A stretch of DNA of 52,102 nucleotides, filler included, from Bipalium vagum (lineage: Eukaryota): NCBI GenBank assembly GCA_037834085.1. It is 3 parts of 3 records of this genome, joined end to end, with 100 filler letters (N's around TTAATTAATTAA, not from the genome) between each part and the next. Parts side by side here need not be neighbours in the genome. Positions count along the whole stretch, not along the records: positions 33,292 to 52,102 come from JBBMKC010018522.1; 2 more parts are not named here. One strand, written 5' to 3'. The first letter of the stretch is position 1; every line of letters begins with the position of its first letter. The position numbers and the translations under genes are program-made. The notes below the pieces were generated by a model, which did not search any database, was not told where the DNA came from, and was given only the letters and a program-made list of their open reading frames with translations. Below, piece after piece: positions 49,119-52,102 of this stretch.

Positions 49119-51524
49119 ATGCAATTAATTGTGCTTATGGTTTTGATCATTGGTACTTATGGAAATCAGTTACCAAAAATAATCCAATCTCCATCCGATA
49201 TTTACGGTTTATTAAATCAACAAATCAGTTTAAGGTGCGATTCAAGTGATATATCAGATAAAGTATCTTGGATTAAAGATAATACTCCTTATAATTCTAA
49301 TATGAATCCTTTGGTCATTCAATTAAATCCAGAAAACGAGGGACAATATCAATGTAATGTCTCAAACACTATTGGATTTACTTTATCAGATAAATTTACT
49401 GTCAAAATAGCCTATTTGCATAACTTTCCAGAATCGAACAATACGAAAAAGTATGTCAGTCCTGCTACAACGGTCTTGTTGCAGTGTTTGGCACCGGATG
49501 GTCTACCTAAACCAAAGGTTGAATGGAAATCTAGTATATCAATAAATAATCCAAGATTCAAATTGGATAGCAATAACAATTTACGTATTGACAATATCCA
49601 AAGGACGGATGCCGGGTTTTATTGGTGCGAAGCAAAGAATCTTGCATACACTCGACTGAGCTCTTCCATTGAATTGATTGTTTCTCAGAAGCCTATTTTT
49701 CAAATTTTGCCAAAACATTTGCAAGTGATGGTTGCTTCTCACATTCTGATACCTTGTCACGTTATCGGAGACAGTCCCATGTATATTCAGTGGTATAAAA
49801 TGGGATCAGGTAAAAACGACATCAGTCTATCTCGAACTGTACTCTCTACAAACTGCAGCATGATTATCAAGAACGTTAGACTGGAGGACAGTGGAGCTTA
49901 CGTTTGTCGAGCGAAAAATGCTGGCGGTATTACGGAAATCATTTACAAGTTGTCTGTCATTTCCTTTCCGTCATTTACGGAAACGCCGGACAATATCAAA
50001 GCAAAAGTCGGTGAAAGTATTTTTTTGCGTTGTGCAGCATCTGGAGTGCCAAGCCCCAAAGTATTTTGGGGACATGAAAATGAATATTTCCTGTCAGATC
50101 TTGATAACAGTAATCGAATAGTTGTCTTTCAAAATGGAACTCTTTCCATTTCTTCGGTCCGACCGAAAGACTTGGGAAAGTATTTTTGCTTTGCTGGCTC
50201 ATTTGTGGGCATTTCCCGCACCCAGGCTAATTTATTAGTCGACACTCCGTTCAACATGTTTCCGCCAATTATTAATAAAGTTCCTCAAAACCTAACGACC
50301 ATTGAAGGAGCAACGGTTATTTTGACATGTCAAGTTACAGATTCGGTTTTCTCCGTCACTTGGTACAAGCAATCGTTACGAATTATTGGTGACACGTCTT
50401 CCAGAAGCCGTCTACAGATCCTGAAAAGCGGGGACTTGAAAATCGTCAACTGCAAAATACAGGACTCGGCCATTTACACTTGTCGCGTAACAAGCAACAA
50501 GTATTTCAGTGAGAAATCGGCCCAGCTCATTGTTAAGAGTTATTCTGAAGTGAACAGTGAATATTTACTGGGCAAAAAGAACGAAATACCGCCCGCTCCG
50601 AAAAACGTTTCCTTAGACTTTGTTGGCGATACTTATGTGCTGATAAAATGGGAATTTTCCGGCGATGCCCAATTCCTGGCATTTCGAGTCGAAGTAGCGG
50701 AACAGTATACCAACAACTGGGTTGATGTTTTGACCACCAGACAGAAAAATGCTCTGATCAGCAATCTGAAGCCTGATACAGGATATATGATATCGGTGAG
50801 AACAGTAAGCAACAATCTCGTCGGAGATGTCTGTGTTCTGCCAGACATTCTCTACACTCTGGAAAAACCCACAGTCGGTGCCGACATATCTTTTGCTGAA
50901 TTCCATAAAGCATTTCAAGAAATCGAAGTGTTCTCAGTAAAACTGACTACCATCAGCTCGAAGCACGTCCACTTGACTTGGAAGGTGAAAGGCAATTCAA
51001 TATTGCGCAGTATTTCGGGATTTATTATAAAAGCTGAACGGGTTTCCATCAAGAGATGTTTACTGATGACGGAAAAATCGTCACAGCAAATGTTCAGTTG
51101 TGTGGGAAATGAGGACTCTTATAATATAGAAGATCATGTCAATGGTTATGATGATGTCTTGGTGGCGGATCAGAACAGAATTCAGAAAACCATTGTCAAA
51201 AGAGTGGTGAGTAGAGAAAAGTCGAAGGCAAGTGCCATTATCGGTGGCTTGAAACCGTTCAGATGTTATGAAATAAAAATCGAAACGTTTATCGATCATA
51301 TTAAGGCCGGTCGGATCAGCGGAAGGGATAGTAAAACGAAAACCGTTCTGACCTTCGATGATATTCCAAATAAAGCACCGAAAATTAAAAATCACCGCTG
51401 GATCGATAATGCCACCTTTCACATCACCTGGGAGGCTATAAATCCCATCTATTCCAATGGACCTATAACGGGTTATGTGATTCAGATAATGGACTTAAAT
51501 AAGAAGTCACTACAAACTTACAAG
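49119..51524 (+). CDS. robo: Roundabout (Robo) receptor ectodomain exon: signal peptide, 5 Ig domains, 2 complete FN3 and part of FN3-3
   Basis: True ATG at 49119 (signal MQLIVLMVLIIGTYG). Five Ig domains with C...W...DxGxYxC-type motifs; Robo-typical features KIAYL, CLAPDGLPKP, PKVFW, PPII..PQN, DIPNKAP. The ORF stops mid-FN3 at 51545, with a likely donor AAG|GTCAGA at 51524/51525. No transmembrane segment in the window. Confidence 0.9.
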
Positions 51525-52029
51525 GTCAGATGGTCATTTTTTTAGTCCCCTCCCTTTTTTTAAAAAAAGAAAATGGGTATATTAAGTTTAATTAAATTAA
51601 CTTAATTAAATTACTGAAATAACTTTTATTAAATTGGTAAAACTTCTAACAGGAAATAATTATTGTTTACTGTATTTCAATTAAATATTATTTTATTTTA
51701 TATTTATTATTTTTATTAGTATTACAACTGAACTTATTATGAAAACATGTATAATAATATAATATAATAAATAATATAAACCCAGTTAGATATTCTTTTT
51801 TTTTCGACTATAAATAAAGTGTTTAAATAAATAATATTGTGAATCTTTCTGTGGATCACTATTTTAAATGATCAAGCACATAATTATCCAATTTTATATT
51901 AAATTTAACTAACTAATTTACAAAATATTCAGAGTTAATTAGTTTTCATTATCTATGGACAATTTTCTAAAATACGTTGCCTGAGGAATTAAATTCATCA
52001 AAATACATTTGAGAATAATACTGCGACTA

Positions 52030-52030
<1 letters not shown>

Positions 52031-52102
<72 letters not shown>
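52031..52102. repeat. (AAT)n microsatellite at the window end
   Basis: About 24 perfect units. Confidence 0.97.

Noticed and set aside
49412-51422. Short antisense and alternate-frame ORFs overlapping Robo (likewise in 38891-39793)
   Set aside because: Shadow ORFs expected in GC-richer coding DNA; no motifs.
1-52102. CRISPR array, prokaryotic operon or defence system
   Set aside because: No repeat-spacer array or operon structure; the DNA is intron-containing and eukaryotic.

Overview
AT-rich eukaryotic nuclear DNA with spliceosomal GT-AG introns, AAT-type microsatellites and very dense Tc1/mariner debris. It looks like an invertebrate, possibly a planarian flatworm (inference only). The window is three contigs (1-17459, 17560-33191, 33292-52102) joined by identical 100-nt spacers (44 N + TTAATTAATTAA + 44 N). 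Host genes: two exons of a calmodulin-like EF-hand gene (minus, ~14.0-14.3 kb); the first four exons of a divergent AMPK beta subunit (plus, 19273-~30520); a 396-400 aa probable beta-propeller ORF (38473-39675); and a Roundabout (Robo) ectodomain (5 Ig + FN3 repeats) on one 2.4-kb exon (49119-~51524). A decayed multi-exon gene of unknown identity lies on the minus strand at ~0.8-12.5 kb. Most other ORFs in the track are fragments or shadows of transposons: many mariners, maT DD37D, rosa-like, Tc1/Tc3-like, two pogo families, a plant-type DD39D-like element, Ty3/Gypsy pieces and NeSL/R5-like pieces including a Ulp1 protease. I found no clearly new multi-gene system. The best leads are a PCF11-like host-gene fragment inside a mariner 5' region, the DD39D-like transposase, the single-exon Robo ectodomain, and the AMPK-beta lacking the Ser108 equivalent. 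All assignments come from manual reading and remembered motifs; no database search was run.
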